Of a stretch of DNA of 64,000 bases, positions 61,806 to 64,000 are shown in pieces. The notes beneath the pieces are model-generated. The model was not told where the DNA came from. It did no database searches and was given only the letters and a program-made list of their open reading frames with translations. The stretch is from Heterodontus francisci (lineage: Eukaryota). The position numbers and the translations under genes are program-made. Where the stretch lies: the NCBI RefSeq assembly GCF_036365525.1, contig NC_090404.1, positions 15,342,550 through 15,406,549 of the forward strand. Direction: 5' to 3'. Position 1 is the first letter of the stretch. Each line of letters starts with the position of its first letter.

Positions 61806-61944
61806 CTGCGAGAGACTCGGTGAACAGAGAAATCCGGATCTCAATCCCAGGTGGAGGCGGTCTCTTCAGAGCGTCACGGGGTCCGGAAGTGTGAGGCACT
61901 GCAGCGTGAAGCGGGGGCCCTCTAGGCCCAAGGCCCCGGACGGA

Positions 61945-61972
61945 AGTTTATGTCACGCATTGCATCACTGTG
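61945..61972 (-). other. V recombination signal sequence, 12-bp spacer
   Basis: Minus strand reads CACAGTG-ATGCAATGCGTG-ACATAAACT: perfect heptamer, 12-nt spacer, 7/9 nonamer. Confidence 0.95.
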
Positions 61973-62297
61973 TAACCAACGTTGCTAACCCACACCATGC
62001 AGTAATAGACGGCTGCGTCCTTGGCCTCCACAGTCTTAATGGTCAGGTAGTAGGTGAGACTGGAGTCCTGGGCTGTGGGAGTGAACCGATCCGTGATACC
62101 CGGAGCACGGTAGATCTTTCTGTCGGTTGAGTAGTACAGAACACCCTGGGGCGTCTTCCCCGGTGCCTGCCGTAACCAGCTTATGCCATAGGTGCCCGAG
62201 TTGGCGCCGAGTAAGTTGCATTTCAGTTTAACCGTCTCTCCCGCGGTGACCGGTCCAGTGAGGGGGTCTTGAGTGACGCTCGGATCAGCCAAGGCAC
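61973..62297 (-). CDS. Ig light-chain V segment, unrearranged, sigma-cart (sigma-2 / shark type I)-like
   Basis: Acceptor TTTTCCAG| at 62298. Open V-set domain GALA-DPSVTQ...VKLKC...SWLRQAPGKTP...TDRF...LTIKTVEAKDAAVYYCMVWVSNVG with both Cys, the Trp and DxAxYYC. The long CDR2 (VLYYSTDRKIYRAPGITDRF) is typical of sigma/sigma-cart V domains. It is followed directly by an RSS. Confidence 0.95.
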
Positions 62298-62382
62298 CTG
62301 GAAAATAGTTAGACACCTATCAGTGAGTGAGGCGACTCGTGCTCTCTCTCTCTCAGGACCCCACACCCAGCCATTGACCAAC

Positions 62383-62455
62383 CCTTGAGTGAATTAAGAG
62401 GTAAAAAAAAAAGCTGCACGGCTAAGATAACCCTTGCTGACCCCCCGATCGTCAT
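62383..62455 (-). CDS. Candidate second leader exon L2 (MTIGGSARVILAVQLFFLPLNSLK-G, phase 1)
   Basis: GCC-ATG start, 73 nt, hydrophobic stretch VILAVQLFFL, donor AAGG|GTTGGT at 62382. An 85-nt intron leads to the same V acceptor in the same phase as L1. Confidence 0.5.
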
Positions 62456-62494
62456 GGCGGAGCCTGGCGAGGAATTGACGGGGATTCCACTCAC

Positions 62495-62540
62495 CGGCGA
62501 GATGGACAATGAACACAAACAGGAGGTGGGCTGGATCCAT
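62495..62540 (-). CDS. Ig light-chain leader exon L1 (MDPAHLLFVFIVHLA-G, phase 1)
   Basis: GCC-ATG start, 46-nt exon with a hydrophobic core, donor G|GTGAGT at 62494. It splices in phase to the V acceptor to give the 19-aa signal peptide MDPAHLLFVFIVHLAGALA. It lies about 155 bp downstream of an octamer. Confidence 0.88.
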
Positions 62541-62643
62541 GGCGTGAGGTCCTTTACTCGTCTACCCACTCAGAAAGCGCCGAAGGTTTGAGCTGTCGTC
62601 TCCGCTCCGCCGTCTGTCTGCTCGCCCCGTTCACCACCCACCG

Positions 62644-62703
62644 TTTTTAAAGTCGCAACAGACTCTCTCGGGTCGCTTTGCATTCAGCTTTCTGTATGCA
62701 AAT
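62644..62703 (-). promoter_or_regulatory. Ig VL promoter: octamer plus TATA-like box
   Basis: ATTTGCAT on the sense (minus) strand at 62696-62703, the orientation typical of light-chain promoters. A second 7/8 octamer lies in the opposite orientation (CTTTGCAT, plus 62676-62683). TTTAAAAA at 62644-62651 sits upstream of leader ATG 62540. Confidence 0.8.
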
Positions 62704-63129
62704 CTGCGCTCACCAACCACCACACCATCCCCCCCAGCCCCCAGGTGCCAACTGCCACTGAGTCAGAACAACAACAAGTCACACCCTCTGATCCAGTCCG
62801 ATGCAATGCCTCTCACAGTTGGCCAGCCTTCTCATCTGGTCACAGCTCCTGCCCTGGATAGCTGCAAATCTGAGCTCAGTCAAAAGTCTTTCATGTGGAA
62901 CTTTTCCCCCCAAAGCCTTCCAGAAGTATTGCCCACGCCGAGGCTGATAGTCCTTTGGCCTCCGGATCCCGGAATAAATGCCAGAATTGGCTCACCGGGA
63001 ATGTCCACTGCTGACACCCCGCAGCCTCACCAAGACGTTCCATGGTCAAGGGCGAGGGGGGGGGGGTCCCGTAATTCATGATCATCTCGGGTAGAGATGT
63101 GGTTCGAGATGTGGGCACCAGACAGTGAT

Positions 63130-63820
63130 GTTGTTGGCACAAGTGACGAATCTATTAGAGTTTTTTGGCATTGTAACTAGCAGGGTAGATAAGGGGAAAC
63201 CAGGAGATGTCATATATTTGGATTGTTAGAAGGATTCAATAAGGTGCCACACAAGAGGCTGTTACATAAGATTGGGGCTCATGGGATTGGGAGTGGGAAG
63301 AACAGGGAATAAACAGGTCCATTTTGGGATGGCAGGGTGTAACTAGCAGAGTGCGGTGGGGATCAGTGCTTGGGCCTCAGCTATTTACAATTTACATCAA
63401 TGACTTAGATGAAGATACTGAGTGTAAGCTACCCCACGTTTGTTGAGGATATAAAGCTAGGTGGGAATGTAAGCAGTGAGGAGGACACAGAGAGGCAGCA
63501 AAGAGATACAGACAGGTTCAGTGAGCGGGCAACAAGGTGGCAGATGGAGTATAATGTCGGGAAGAGTGAGGTTATTCACTGAGGCAGGAACAATGGAAAA
63601 ACCGAATACTTTTTAAAAGGTGAGAGAGTATTAAATGTTGGGATTCAGAGGGATTTGGGGATCCTTGTACAGGAACGGCAGGACGTTAACACGTAGACAA
63701 CAGCAAGAAATTAGGAAGGCAAATGGGATGTTGGCCTTTATTGCAAAGGGGTTGGAGTGTGAGAGTAAAGAAGTCTTGCTGCAATTAATATAGGGCCTCG
63801 GAGAGGCCACACCTGGAGAA
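63130..63820 (+). mobile_element. Degenerate CR1 LINE RT fragment
   Basis: Remnants of GSVLGPQLFTIYINDLD and FADDTK-like (FVEDIK) motifs, and sequence shared with the 53030-53710 copy (AAGGCAAATGG.ATGTT.GCCTT.ATTGCAA). Confidence 0.8.
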
Positions 63821-64000
63821 TTGGAGGGGCGGAGATATCTCGGAGGAGTTTTCGGAGATAGGGAGGGGCCACAGATTCTCCACCCCATATATATCATTGG
63901 GGGTTCCACCGTCTATCCTCCCCGAGAGCCCCTCACAGGCAGGACCATCCGCCTCTGGGCCCTGCTAATTTGAGCTACTTGCTTTCACCATTCATTCACG

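Overview
Eukaryotic, repeat-dense genomic DNA, almost certainly from a cartilaginous fish: it carries a cluster-type Ig locus, an HE1-like V-SINE, CR1/L2 LINEs and Penelope elements. Much of the window is tandem repeat, and there are two N gaps. The one protein-coding gene I can support is a complete, unrearranged immunoglobulin light-chain cluster on the minus strand (about 62.7 to 55.9 kb). Its order is octamer/TATA promoter, leader exon(s), one V with a 12-RSS, one J with a 24-bp-spacer RSS, one C1-set C exon and a polyA signal. The V looks sigma-cart (sigma-2, shark type I)-like. The gene is atypical: the J reads TGNGT instead of FGxGT, FR2 reads WLRQ, there are two candidate in-phase leader exons, the C domain appears to mix type I and type II features, and the J-C intron holds an AT-rich block followed by minisatellites with repeated NF-kB consensus sites. 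Elsewhere there is a Neptune-type Penelope element, two small TSD-flanked insertions with minimal hammerhead-ribozyme motifs, a truncated Gypsy LTR element with a SCAN-like gag, and two orphan CpG-rich promoter-like islands (about 17 kb and 37 kb). An inverted pair of CR1-tail-derived satellite arrays flanks the 17 kb island. Family assignments rest on motif recognition from memory, with no database searches, and TE fragment boundaries are approximate.
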